A stretch of DNA of 64,000 nucleotides from Lingula anatina (Eukaryota; Animalia; Brachiopoda): contig CM120647.1 in NCBI GenBank assembly GCA_051362555.1, positions 14,236,651 to 14,300,650 of the forward strand. The letters run 5' to 3'. Below the pieces are notes generated by a model. The model was not told the DNA's origin. It saw only the letters and a list, made by a program, of their open reading frames with translations, and ran no database searches. Below are positions 1-13,359 of this stretch, in pieces. A program made the position numbers and the translations under genes. Within the stretch, counting starts at the first letter, position 1. Each line of letters begins with the position of its first letter.

Positions 1-565
1 GCATGCAGCAAATCCTTTAAGTAATGACCAGGGAATAGATTGGGCATGCTTTTATCAAAATGAAAAGTTTGGGGGACTTGCAAGAACAATTTTACTGCTG
101 CTAGTTTGTAGCCATATTGCAGCACATTTACCGCAAATTCACAAAAAAAGAATTGCAGTTTGCAGCGATATTGTAAAAAAACTTCCTGCAAATTCGCCGT
201 GGATTTGCTGTAGACCTGATCGATATTTTCCTAAAGGACAGACTCAAAACCTATAAGAACAAATGTACTGCTTACGTGTATGGCAAAATAAACAATGAGG
301 AACAGTTTTGATTGTCACTCTATCGGCAGCCGTTTAAATTACCACTGCATCTTAATGAGTAACTCTTATTCAGATAAGGTTCGTCTCTCCCTCCTTCTAT
401 CTCTCTCTCTCTTTCTTAATATATTGCCTAGGCTTATTACTCCTTGATTCTTTGTGCGACTAATTACCAGCTACTCGGTAAATAAGTCTGTCAATCAAAC
501 GATAAGTAAATTTATACTAATATACTCATTTATCTTTTGATTAATTTCTTTCTGTAATTACTCAC

Positions 566-1322
566 CAGGCATCGTTTGTAGCTTTGTCGATTTCTTGTGA
601 TGCAAGCGCCGAAAATACCGGTGAAAAAAAACTGAAAGTTTAAGAAGAGACAGAGATTCGTATAACATTTGTTTTAGATTAGAACCATTAATATTGCCAG
701 TCATTTTTTGTAGGCATCAAAATTAAGGACATGTATCCAACAGCTAAGGAGCCGACAAGAGCAGGTATGTTACTAAATAAAATCACTATCAAAAGTACGA
801 GTTACATGGACTAAAAACATAGGTTCTTCAGAAAATATGTTTTGTCTTTCATAAAATCCTGATAGATAATCTTGTTCAGTTGCTATGTATGCTAATATAA
901 ACTGTGCGAATTAATTGCCTTAATATGACTAGTTGGTAATAAAATAATAAAATTAATTGCAATAACTTATATATTCTTTAATTATTCTAGTCGGTATATC
1001 ATGTTAAGTATTTGGAGGGTAGCTGGTATTATTAAAAATTAGAAAAATAAAAACTTACCCAGGCACCGCACCATATGGGAGCACTGACCATGGTCGAGGT
1101 ACGTTCTATGTTATAGAATGTTCTGGAGTAGCTGTCGCGATAATAATAGCTGTTGAAATCTATTGTGTAGAAGAAATAGTTTAGTTGGAGGTCAGTCACG
1201 CCACACCCTATTATAAGGAGTCCCAAAGCGATCTGGAATCCACCCAAACATTTGAGGGCACCATAAGGAAAACGGTCTAGGGGCTGCCCCGTCTGAACCA
1301 GTTGGGTATGGCTTACGTTCAT
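566..1322 (-). CDS. MS4A/CD20-like four-TM protein, copy 1 (partial; 3' exons lie left of the window)
   Basis: Coding exons 1059-1322 (MNVSHTQ...LGGFQIALGLLIIGCG...SAPIWCGAW) and 566-631 (FFFTGIFGACITRNRQSYKRCL) with GT-AG boundaries, colinear with four paralogues. LGxxQI...APIWxG is the MS4A TM1/TM2 signature. Confidence 0.85.
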
Positions 1323-1510
1323 TGTCAGTCTGAAAGAAAATAGGGGGTATGTACCGTGTGATTGTAGATTGTTTTTCTTACACATCTTTCCTTTTAAAAA
1401 TGCCACTTTTCACATTTTATACCATGGAAATATTAGACGATATATTTCCATGACCATGTTTACATATGGACTTTTTTATCTGCCACTAGCTTAGAAACTG
1501 ACGGTGCATT

Positions 1511-1541
<31 letters not shown>

Positions 1542-2139
1542 CAGAGATATTTCTACACAAAATATAGGCAATGCACATGCATAACTACAAATGATAATTT
1601 CCTTTATTAATATTATAAAAGAAATATAATATAAACGAAAAAATAAAAATGAGATTCATCATGAGAAATGACACCCACTGTTTTTGTCGGCACCAAAAAT
1701 TTTAATTCAAGAACTATTTAGAAGTACTACTAATACTAATACACTATACTCTCACGTTTTTCCATAGAGTTCGTTTTTCCATAGAGTTGCACCTACGGAT
1801 AATTTGCAACTTAAATAAACGACCAGAAAGGTGCTTGAATGAAATTCAACGCCGCACTGTTTGCTTACTGTTGTTATGATTGCGCGACAGACACAATGCA
1901 GAATCCAGGGTTCAAGAAAAGCAAGTAGCAAGCACAGGTGTGGCAAAGCGAATGTAATTGTGGATATCACACCTGAACGTAACGTTTCGGTTTAAATATT
2001 TTCATATTTTGCTTTATTTTTTATATATCGGATATAGATTTACACTAAAAGTATGAGCCTCTAATTGCTGACAGAGAAAGAGAAAGAGGGAGAGGATGGG
2101 GGAAATCAAGGGACATTAGTAGATGCCTTCTTGCCTTAC

Positions 2140-2315
2140 CTGAGTGTTTTTCAAATTTGATCCTGTAGCCGGTTTTCCTCTGTGTCTTAACCGCCTTCAC
2201 CGCCTAGCCAGCCAGTCAGCGCCCTATCTTCACAGAACGGTTTCAAATAATAAACGACACTTAAAAACTAATTCCCTTATGAGCACACATGAATGTTGCG
2301 CCACTTAGTTATAAA
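2140..2315 (-). promoter_or_regulatory. Putative TATA box and non-coding exon 1 of copy 1
   Basis: Minus-strand TTTATAA (2309-2315), Inr-like CTCATA ~30 nt downstream, ATG-free exon ending at donor CAG|gtaagg (2140). The block is conserved upstream of copies 2-4. Confidence 0.6.
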
Positions 2316-3019
2316 GCTTGTCCTTAGCCGTGTCCTCAGTATGCAGCCTCAACCGATCCATAAGACATGACCTAAATCTTTGTTGAATCAATGGCTGTCG
2401 CTTCGTTGGTAAACATAACACAAAGGCAATACTGTTTAGTCTCGATGGCTTGGAGACATGATAAAAATGTTGTTCTCCAGGTTTGTATCCACTAATCACT
2501 CAATTACATATTCCTGTGAACAGTTACATTAATTCCGAGCTCGAAAAATGGAATTTTTTGTTATTGGGGTCAATGTTTTGCAATACTAAGCCTGCGGTAT
2601 AGACTACACGTAAAGCAGGGTGCGCATTGTATTTAACAATGGCTTTTACAGGTTAAAGAAAGAAATGCACGTGCAGCATTCCTAAGTGTCGTCATAGAGG
2701 TAAGGGTATAATGGCAAAGTCATGTTGGAGAAAAATCTTGTGAGCTGCTGTGGTATCAGTGCCGCAATACCTATGCGTATATAGCACACTTATTTTAGTG
2801 CGACCGCCTTTTGTTACAGCAAGGAGTTATAACAGATCCTTGGTTACAGTTATCGTTAACATTTTACATTTTATTCGATTCGTTCAATTAGACTCCTCTA
2901 AAAGAAGTGTACATTTTAACACTTAAGGCGTATAAATGAAATGCAAGAAAAACAACGAATGGGGTGCATGGGTGAGCTTTATGTGATCCAAGTAGCCGGG
3001 TCCTCAGTTTAAAAAACAG

Positions 3020-3021
<2 letters not shown>

Positions 3022-3079
<58 letters not shown>

Positions 3080-3093
3080 GTATATATATATAT
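3022..3093. repeat. (TA)n microsatellite at the junction between array units
   Basis: Read directly; equivalent tracts at ~12475, ~20350 and ~55745. Confidence 0.95.
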
Positions 3094-3251
3094 AGTTTAA
3101 TTAAATATATAAGTAAATCTTATGTTTCATGTTTATCTATCTTTAGTTATTATATATAAATCATCCGCATTCCCTGAATGCCACACACATACACATATCT
3201 ATCTGGAATACAAATATAGCTTTGTGTATATTTTACGCCATGCATGAAAAT

Positions 3252-3895
3252 CATTATGTTTCGAATGCTGTCGGAATGCCGTGAGAATATTTAGAATGCA
3301 GTCATAGTGCAGTTAGAATACTGTTCAAATGCCATTCGATAAATTTCCTCTTGGGATGCACTTCGAAAGTTTTTGACATCACAGAAAATTTTGAGCCGGT
3401 CACAAGAATGGGTAAAAATATTTGGAATGCACTTAGGATTTTTAAAATGTTTTTAAAATGCTATTCGAATATCCTGGAATGCACAAAGTATTGTATTTCC
3501 GACGCCATTCTTAATAATCCCGCCTCTAGTTTGACGGCGATTTTATACTCCGTCAGAATGTTTCGAATGTGCCTCGGATAAGCTGAAATATTAATTATGC
3601 CAGCAATCGAACTACACCAGTGCGCCGTTCAAAGTATATTCTAAATATTTTTACTGCCTTCTTACAGCATTATAAATATTTCTAGTTTTCCAACTACATT
3701 CGAACTGCTTTTGAGAGCTACACAGTTGAAAATACACTCATCACTCCAGGCGATTTCAAGCGCATTCTGAGTATTCCAACGGTACTCTTGCAATAATTAA
3801 GGTCAATTTGAAATTTTTCATCCGAATGTGGTTCGAATTTTAAAATTCTTAGTTTGGTCCAATTCTTCTTCATTTCATGCTGATTCCGAATAAGT
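3252..3895. mobile_element. Probable non-autonomous transposon remnant rich in GAATG/CATTC motifs
   Basis: Replaces sequence present at the equivalent position of paralogous units (~12655-13030). GAATG motifs in the left half and CATTC-like motifs in the right half; termini not resolved. Confidence 0.35.
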
Positions 3896-4214
3896 GTTGG
3901 GGGGGGGGGGGGGGGGGGAGGGAAGCACCCGTAGACGTACTTGGCTGTGCTGCAAGTTGAAAATGCATAAACTGTAAAAAAAAAAAAAAAAGAAGTTGCT
4001 ATGTACATGTACTAGTGATTTGATATTGCAGACGGTATATAAGAGTTATGGTTTGATAATGGAGTTAACGTTGCCATAACAACTGTCAGAACCCTGCTAC
4101 TGCTTGGTTTCAGTGGTCGGTGCACTGCCATAATGGGTGTCACTGTCTTCATCTTCTTATTTCTGCTTTTCAGTCAGTGACACCCATTATGGTAGTCGGA
4201 GGTCGCTTAAAGTT

Positions 4215-5800
4215 TCAATAGAAGTTTTCTCCGAGGGCCAAATCCTCGGGTGGTTTCGATTTCTCTTCAGTCCAGTTACCTCCAGGTTGCTGGTAGTTTG
4301 AAGACTGGTAGGTCGGGCCTCCAGCTGTTTGGTACGGGACATATGGACCTGGCTGTTGGTATGCCATAGGGGCAGTGGGTGACATGTAGTGTTGAGACTG
4401 TGGTGGAAGCTGTTGTGGCGGGTGTTGGGCGGTTAACACTGTGACGTACTGCTGACCCTGTGTACTGCCCGGTATATAGAGAACTTGCTGAAATGACAAA
4501 CACCAATATCACAGTGTACAATGTGATACGTCTCTCTCTCTCTCTCCCGGGTGTGTTTATGTGTCTGTTTAACTATAAATAATTCTGAATGAAAACAATT
4601 GTAGATTTCAATCAATAAGATTTTATCTTAACTTAAATTGGGAGTGTAGAAGTATAAAGGCCACAAATACCGGTTCTCGCTGGTCTATGGTCGAGCAGCA
4701 ACAGCAGACGGAGGCAGACACGATGGCTACTATCAACTCAATGAAGCTCAGCCCTCCCGCTGCCCAAATAAACACCTCCTTGATAATATTGACATCGGAA
4801 CTGATCTGTAAATAAACGCATGGGCATTAAAGTGCATGTTTTCAACTGATACTTGAACGTGAAAAACCCGTGATTAAGATGTATACTGTGTCACCCTTTC
4901 CGCCATTGCAATTCATTGCAACATGGGTACCCATGGATTTAATTTTACTATCACATAACGACGAAACCGATCGTCGTGTAAATCGGGAATGTGAATGATA
5001 GAACTAAAGAACAGAGGATGTTCACACGCCTTCTCCATGGAAAACTATTCATGACAATTATATATAAGAACTTGACTGCAGCTTTAACAAGAATAGAGAA
5101 AATCGTGTTTCTAAGTGTATGCCGTCTTTGGCCGTCTGCACAGTCACCGTTATCTTGACAGGGTTCTTGTTAGCAGACCAGTGGTCCGGCCAGGACTCGT
5201 CTACATCGAGTCAGATGGTATACCAGAATTCTGGCTTGGACGCCAACCAACAACTGAACACGGATACTTGTCGTAGACACAAGCAACTTAAGCGATGTCG
5301 AGAAGTGATGGACGTCGAGGGGTTTGGAGAGCAGCTGAAAAGAAGTGGCTTCCAAATTTTCTGCCTTTTGTCATCCGGGCGCACTCCACATATGTCAAGT
5401 GGTACGGGGTGTATTGTCTACCACTGTATACAGGCGTGCTGGAAGTGGTCAACGGAGCCTTAACACAGAGCCGTGCTTCCAAATACTGTCGAGACTATCT
5501 TTGGGCACCATGACCACTCATTTATGTTTCAGGGGCTCGTTTCTCGAAGCAGAAGTTAGTTAGCGATTGGTCGTTAGCCTCTTGCTAGTAATGATGCCGT
5601 TTCACGAAGTTATCGCTAGTTCTCTGGCTCGTTATTGTGTCGTTGAAAGGATTTTCAAAAACAAAGAAAATGATGTGAAAAATATGAAACAAACAAGAAA
5701 AAATAAACAAGGCTTTAAAAGAAAAACAAAAAAAAAAAACATTCGTAGCCATAGTTACCCAAAATTATGTAAACAAACAAACAAATAAACAAGCAAACAA

Positions 5801-5835
<35 letters not shown>

Positions 5836-8800
5836 AACAATCCACCAACAATCCACCCACCGATGGTAACCGTCCCGTTGATTTCTTACTGCTCACATAA
5901 AAGTGTAGGTGAAAGGTACACAAATATTATGAAAAAAAACTTGAGTGCTGATAATTAGCAACTAACATAAACTAAAGAAACAGATCACACAAAATCATAG
6001 AATATTCAATACTTATCTTATGAGTTTGTGAATTTTGCAATATTTATGTACCTATATTAATAATTTTAATTAATAAAAATAAAAATTATAAGAATAGTGA
6101 AAATAATAAAAATAAAAAGATTAATAAAAAACCTTAAAAGAAATATGAAGTAAATGTAGAATGGGAACAATAAGATGAGAAGGAACTGGAGGATATTTTA
6201 AATACTAAAGAGATATTTGTATCTGTTGTTTATATGTATACAGAAAACAATATATATTATTAAATACTTGTTGCTTGGGTAATATGCTGTGTAGCAACTG
6301 TTGCAATGGCTTATTTGGGCTTTTAATGGCTTAAAATTGTATAGTGATAGGTTTCATGGCCTTAATCATTATCAAAAGCCTTTCAAAATATTTTGAACTG
6401 GAGAAGAAAGGTTCAATCAGCTAGTTTCTGAGGTAAATCACTTCCCCAGTAATGGTTGCTAAGCAACGCTTTGAAAAATTTGGCACTACCCTTGAAAATG
6501 ATCTGCAAAGTCCAAATAACATTTTTGCCAAGTTTCATGCTTTTTCCACCTTCTGAGCAATTTTTGCACCAATCATTTAGACTATAAGAGATCCGAGGAA
6601 CAAATATGCCCGGCTACTTGAATACGTGTTGTGTAATCCCCACAGGGAATGTATGTTGTGTCTATAATTGGGAATAAAGTGGCAAGTCTTTTAGTTGGTC
6701 ACCATACTTGATCCTCAGATCTGTTACTGTTAGTCCACGCTGTTGTAAATGCGCTATTACGCCCTGTGCTATGAGGGCTTCTCAAATAATATGCAATATT
6801 AATTTTTTTGTAACGGAACAGTAACGCATCCTGTGGTCGGAGTAAAAAAGCTATAGTTACATGTTGTCACTTTGGGTCATACTTACTCTAAATAAAGATG
6901 CAGCAATCGCTACCCCCATCACAGTCGGAGCGAAGATTATTGCAGCGAGAATTGAAAAAGTCTGGAAAGAGTTACGCTGAAACAGAAAGTGAAAGTGAAT
7001 ATGAAAGGAGCATACATAATAGTATATACATTGTATATTATCATAAATTTACTTCAGTGTAGAGACCTGTTAGCACCGAGTGTAATATATCTCAGCGATA
7101 CAACCGCATACGTATGTTTTGGGAGCACAGGTCTCAAACTACTGCGCATGTGCGAAAAATACGCTGTTTGTAATAAACAAATGGTGAAATTGACAAAGCC
7201 TGCCGGTGTTTACCGTCTGGTTGATTTAATTTAGTTGCTTTCTGGTGTTGTTTTGAGAAATCATATTAGAAATATTCTGTTGATTGTATGTTTTAAAAAG
7301 CAAATCCATTGGACTTTCCTTTGATTAACATTCATTTTGCCGTCATTGTAAGGATGATTCCCTTTGCATTTATAGTGTTATATGTGGCCCCAAGGGGATT
7401 TTACACCCCTCCCCCACTCTTGATTAATACAATTCTTCATCGAGCAGATTGAAAATTATATTCCAAAATACATTAAAATCGTAGGAAGGTTAATTGCAGA
7501 TAATGTTGTGAGGATATTCTAGTCGGGGGCAAACTCGACCAATATAAAAAAATTTACTTCGTCTTACGGTTTTGGAGCGCCTGTTCTAATTTTTTAAAGC
7601 GAGGCAATGGAGCCAAACAATACGATACAATTTGTAATCTCGTAAAAGTTGATATTTTTAATTAGAGTTTATAGCCGGGCGTACATGAAAAGGCGACTCT
7701 TTTATTATTGTGATATTCAATTATAATTAATTTAAAAGACACGAGATAAGAGGTTCTTGTCGACGGCCTATTTATTAGTTTTATTGACTTTTTAAAAGTA
7801 TTTGGAGACCAAAAACACAAAAGCTGTATGGTTTCAAATCGAGGACCCAAATATCATTCGTGTTCTTGTTTCGGGAGAAATATCTTCCATCAAGTCATAA
7901 CGTCATAGGGAGCTTTTTCCTCTTAAGTTCTCCACATCCGGGAGTACTGGTAGTTAATTAATTGGCCGTCAGAGTGAGGGGAGGGGAGGGCTGTTTTCCA
8001 CGATAACTGTCTTTCGTAAAGACGAGTCATTCGAGTGGCCATGCCCTTATCAAAATAGTTTGAAGGAACGAATTTGTAGGATTTGCAAGAATAATTCTAG
8101 TGCTGCTAATGTGTAGCCATGTTGCAGCACATTTACTGCAAATTCGCACGAAGGAATTGCAGTTTGCAGCGATATTGCAGAAAATTTTGCTAAAGGCAGA
8201 CTTTCAAAACCTATCAGAACAGATGTGCTGCCTACGTGTAGCGAAAAGATGAATGATGAGGAACAATTTTATTGACATTCCATACATGTAGGTAGCCGTT
8301 TAATTTCCACTGCTTCTTAATAAGTAACGTTCATTTTGATAAAATTCATCTCTCCCTTTCTATCTCTCCCTCTTTCTTAATCAGTATTGCCCAGGCTTAT
8401 TACTCCTTGATTCTTCGTGCGACTAATTTGCCAGCTACTACGAAAATAAGTCCGTCAATCAAACGATAAGTCAATATATACTTATATACTCATTAATATT
8501 TTGATTAATTTTTTTCTGTAATTACTCACCAGGCATCGTTTGTAATTTTGTCGATTTTCTGAGATGCAAACGCCCAAAATACCAGTGAAGAAAAACTGAA
8601 AGTTAAAAAAAGACATAAATTTGTATAGCATTTGTTTTAGACTAGAAAAATGAATATTGCCAACCGCTATCAATCAACTAAAAACTAGTCATTTTTTCTA
8701 GGCATCAAACTTCAGGACAAGTATCCAATACCTGAAGATCTGACAAGAGCAGGTATGTTACTAAATGAAAACTAGTAAAAGTACGAGTTACATGTACTAG

Positions 8801-9318
8801 AAATAAATTCTTTAGAAAATATGTTCTAATTGTCTTTCATCAAATCCTGGTAGATAATCTTTTTTTACTTGATATGTATGTTAATATATACTGTGCGAAT
8901 CAATTGCTTTAATTGGACCAGTTGGTAATACGATTCATTGCAAAAACGTTAATATTTTTTAATTATATACAGTAATTAGTCTGGTTGGTATATCATGTAA
9001 AGCATTTACAGGGTAGCTAATATTATTTAAAATTAGAGAATAAAAACTTACCCAGGCACCGCACCATATCGGAGCACTGACCGTGGTCAAGGTACGAGCT
9101 ATGGCATAATACGATCTGTAGTAGTAGTAGCCGTCGCGATAATAATAGCTGTAAAATTGCCCAATGTTAAAATAGTTCAAGTTTAGGTCGGTTGCGCCAC
9201 ACCCTACTATAAGGAGTCCCAAAGCAATCTGGAGCCCACCCAAACATTTGAGGGACCGGTAAGGAAAACGGCGTGGGGGCTGCGCCGCCTGAACCAACTG
9301 GGTATGGCTTGCGTTCAT
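4215..9318 (-). CDS. MS4A/CD20-like four-TM protein, copy 2 (276 aa)
   Basis: Exons 9052-9318, 8530-8595, 6887-6976 (RNSFQTFSILAAIIFAPTVMGVAIAASLFR), 4671-4805 (..GGLSFIELIVAIVSASVCCCCS..) and 4215-4487 (P/Q/Y-rich tail ending GENFY*). All GT-AG, phase 0, open frame; four hydrophobic helices and a Cys cluster after TM4. Confidence 0.88.
5770..5842. repeat. (AAAC)n/(AGAC)n microsatellite, possibly a HINE-type element remnant
   Basis: Read directly; the same motif pair occurs inside the element at 41033-41566. Confidence 0.7.
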
Positions 9319-9661
9319 TGTCAGTCTGAAAGAAAATAAGAGTGTATTTGCAGTGTGCTGTAGATTGTTTTTCTTCCTCTTCTTTCCTTTTAAAACTGCC
9401 ACTATTCACGGTGTACATACCCTAGGTTCTACATTTCCGTATTGCCAGCTCGATCTTGATTTCATATATAACCCATATCAGCAAACTAATAAAAGGAATC
9501 ACATCAAAAGACTTTTAACATGCTAGCTTTTACTGTGCTCTGACACTCAGGGTAGGTGTACATTATATCACTGAAATATAAAACGACATATTTCCATGAT
9601 CATATACACGTATGGACTTTTTTTTATCTGCCACTAGTTTAGAAACTGATCGTGGCTTTAA

Positions 9662-10689
9662 CCCTCAAGAGACCAAGTTATTTTACTGACTGAAATGACC
9701 AAGTGGGGTCATCTGTGACCCCATTGTGCTCTGTACAGGGATCCTTATACTAAAAGGCTGTTGAGGGTTTATCACACCTAAAATACTCCCAGGATTTAAG
9801 ACAAGTATTTTATAATGATCTAATGTAGTAAATAATACTTTTAATGCATGAAATAACCAAGCACAGAGTTTAAGAACAACATTACACTGGTATTTAGACA
9901 GTCCTTGTCAGTTTCCACTTGCAGAAATATTTCTCTTTTTATTTGCCACACTAAATGAAAAAAAGTACATTACAAAATTACTTTGTGTAAAAATATTTTG
10001 ACTTATGTTGAGATCGCATCCTGCTAACTTCAATAAGAATAATTAGCTGACTTGCTGAGTAGGGAATACTCTAATGCTGGTAAGGAAGTCATACTACTCA
10101 GAACACATTCAATCAACCTACACGTATGTTACTACCACATCTGTGTATAAAACAAAATCCACACAAACAATTTGTTAAAATATGTATAATATGATATCGA
10201 CAGAATTCGTTAGATTTCCGAAATACCCGAAAATTGTATCCGTAAAAATGAGAGACCCAGTCATGAGAACAAGTTCCAACAAAGCTACTCAAATAAGATT
10301 CAGCGCTGCACTATTAGTAACACTTCAAGCACAATCTTCACAAACCACTTATCTGTGGCTTTGTTTTGGGCACACTGGCTGGTTGCATGAAGCACATGCA
10401 TGTGACATTTTCCTGTCAGTGTTGCGTGGGCAAAAAAAAATTGAATAAAATTTAAAAAACTAATATGTAAAAACCAATGCTTCACTTTGGGGTCATAAAT
10501 GACCCCAGAAGAATTTGTGATGTATACACCACACTTATTGGTTGATCCCTACAAAAAGCTGTGAAAGTGTGTAGGATTAGTAGACTGACAAACTCATGCA
10601 AGGAAAGAAAATTCAAATAAAAAATAAAGAGATGGCACATTAAATCATATTGATGGGGTCGTAAATGACCCCACTCGGTCACTTGAGGG
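9662..10689. mobile_element. piggyBac-like non-autonomous DNA transposon in intron 1 of copy 2
   Basis: TTAA|CCCTCAAG...CTTGAGGG|TTAA. The paralogous empty site is seen in copy 3 (gatcgtggctttaatatctc, ~17572-17590). Confidence 0.85.
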
Positions 10690-11620
10690 TTAATCTCTCC
10701 TTCTCTCTCTCTCTCTCCAGAGATATTTCTCAACAAAATGCAGGCAATGCACATATATAAGTACGAATGAACATATTAATATTAAAAAGAAATATAATGC
10801 AAACAAAGGAATATAAATTAGATTCACCATGAGAAATGACACCCACTCTGTTTTTGTTTTTTTTTTACTTCAAGAACTATTCAGAAGTACTAGTACTGAT
10901 ACACTATACGAATTCCACCTACCGCTAACTTGCGACCTAAATAAACGACAGGAAAGGTGCTTGAATGAAACCCAAAGCCGCACTATTTGGTTACAGTTGT
11001 TATTATAGCACGACAGACACAATGCGGAATCCAGGGTTCGAGAAAAGCATAGGTAGCAAGCACAGGTGTGGCAAAGGGAAAGCAATTGTAGATATCACAC
11101 CTGAACGCTTTATTTTTGATATATAGGATATATGTTTACACTTAAGGTATAAGCCGTGTACCCCCCTCAAAGTCGGACAAAAATGACTGTGAAGAAAGTT
11201 ACGTTGCGTTGGCCAGGGGTGTTTCAGTTTCAGCCCGCCATCTTTTTTGGTGCATAACTGGTATATATTTCAAATGCTATAACGTCAGTGTAATATATCA
11301 TTTTGTCAATCCTACAACGTCCGTTTTAGAGCCTTTGCGACATCAAAGAGCGAGTATCACCACATACGATTCGCTCAAATGCGGTTTTGTCAAGAGTCAC
11401 CACACCCAGATCTATACGTGGCCAACACCCCCTTTTATTTGAATTACATTTTTGTTTTCTTGAATACAGTTTATCGAAAAATAATAAGTCATTGAAAACA
11501 TGACGTTAACCTTGATTCTTCTTCCGCTGCTGACACAGAAAGAGAGAAGGAGAATGAAAGAGATAAGATAGAGGGAGAAAAAGCGAGGGACGCAGTAGTA
11601 GATATGTCTTCTTGACTTAC

Positions 11621-11807
11621 CTGAGTGTTTGTTTTTTTTTTCAAATATGATTGTGTAGCCGATTTTCCTCTGCTTCTTTACCGTCTTCACCGCCTAGCCA
11701 GCCAGTCAGCGCCCTAGCTTCACAGAATGGTTTCAGGTAATGCACGACACTTTAAAACTAATTCCCACTTGTGAACACACATGAATGTTGCGCCACTTAG
11801 TTATAAA
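11621..11807 (-). promoter_or_regulatory. Putative TATA box and non-coding exon 1 of copy 2
   Basis: TTTATAA at 11801-11807; donor CAG|gtaagt at 11621; conserved across paralogues. Confidence 0.6.
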
Positions 11808-13359
11808 GCTTGTCCTCAGCAGTGTCCTCAGTATGCAGCCTGAACCGATTCATAAAATCATGACCTAAATCTTTGTTGAATCAATAACTGTCGCTTCGTT
11901 GGTAAACATGACACAAGGGCTATACTGTTTAGCCAAAAGGACTTACCTGTAGAGATATGATAAAAATGTTGTTCTCCAGATTTGTATCCACTAATCACTC
12001 AATTACATATTCCTGTTAAGAGTTACATTTATTCCGAGCTCAAAAAATGGAATTTTTTGTCATCGGGGTCAATGTTTTGCAATAATAAACCCGCGGTATG
12101 GACTTCACATAATGCAGTGCGCGCATTGTAATGAACTATGGCTTTTAGAGGTTAAGACAGAAAGAAGTGCACGTGCACAAAACCTGAGTGGCACCAAGTG
12201 AATATAGGGGTAAGTGTATAATGACAAAGTCAAATAGAAAAAAATTCCTGTGAGCTGCTGTGGGATCAGTGGCGCAATACCTATGCGTACCACATTATGT
12301 TTGAGTTATCGTTAACAGTTTACATTTTATTAATTTCGTTCAATTAAAAGAACTGTATATTTTTAACACTTAGAGCGTGTTAATGAAAGGTAAGAAAAAC
12401 AGGAGGTGGATGGTAAGTAATCCAGGGAGCCGGGTCCTTAGTTAAAGAAACAGCGGTCTTTATCATTATGTTCATATATATATATAATTAAAGTAAATAA
12501 ATAAGTATCCGACACGTTTCATGTTTATTTATTTTTAGTTATATATATAAATTATCCGCATAGTTGAGCTCTCTGAATGCTACACACACATACACATATA
12601 TATCTGGATTACAAAATACAGCTTTGTGTATATTTTACGCCATGCATGAAAATAAGTCATTGATGCATCTGCTTTATCTGCACAAGTTAATGCGGCTTGT
12701 ATTCCGCGCCAGGGGAACGACTGTTTCTCAAACACGCGTCCAGCAACGTGGCCCGCAAAAGAGCTGTATAGGGCGAAACCCATTCACCAATCGTCTGATG
12801 TACTCGGCCTATTCCAGTGTATAGCCACGACGTGAGCGGTTGCCACGTCATTTAGAGGTGATTTCCTCGGCTCCAGGAAGCTTTTTCGCTTCGTTTTGAG
12901 TGCGATCGAACGCACACGATAGTTTATCACCCCTAGCTGCTCGAGGAAGCGTGACATTCAATTAATCATATTACATTCAGCGGGAGTCCCTGAGGAGTTG
13001 GATCAATATTTGTAGGACGATAGCTACATTTGGAAAGCACCCATAGACGTGCTTGGCTGCGCTGCATGTTAAAATGCATAAACTGTAAAAAAAAAAAAGA
13101 AGTTGCTATGTACATGTACTAGTGATTTGATATTGCAGACGGCATATAAGAGTTCTGATTTGATAATGGAGTTAACGTTGCCATAACAACTGTCAGAACC
13201 CTGCTACTGCTTGGTTTCAGTGGGCGGTGAACTACCATAATCAGTGTCACTGTCTTCATCTTCTTATTTCTGCTTTTCAGTCAGTGCACTCGGAGTCCGC
13301 TTATAGTGTCAATAGAAGTTTTCTCCGCGGGCAAAAGCCTCAGTGTGTTTTGATTTCTC

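Noticed and set aside
2168-2182. NF-kB-like site (GAGGAAAACC) in exon 1 of the paralogues
   Set aside because: Imperfect match, and its conservation is explained by recent duplication.
5119-5563. Cluster of overlapping 60-114 aa ORFs in intron 4 of copy 2
   Set aside because: No recognisable domain or splice context; probably a decayed repeat fragment.
6690-6830. Possible extra MS4A exon after the acceptor-like ttttactccgaccacag|
   Set aside because: It would need a 56-nt intron, the frame is not conserved between copies (early stop in copy 4), and exon 4 joins exon 5 in frame without it.
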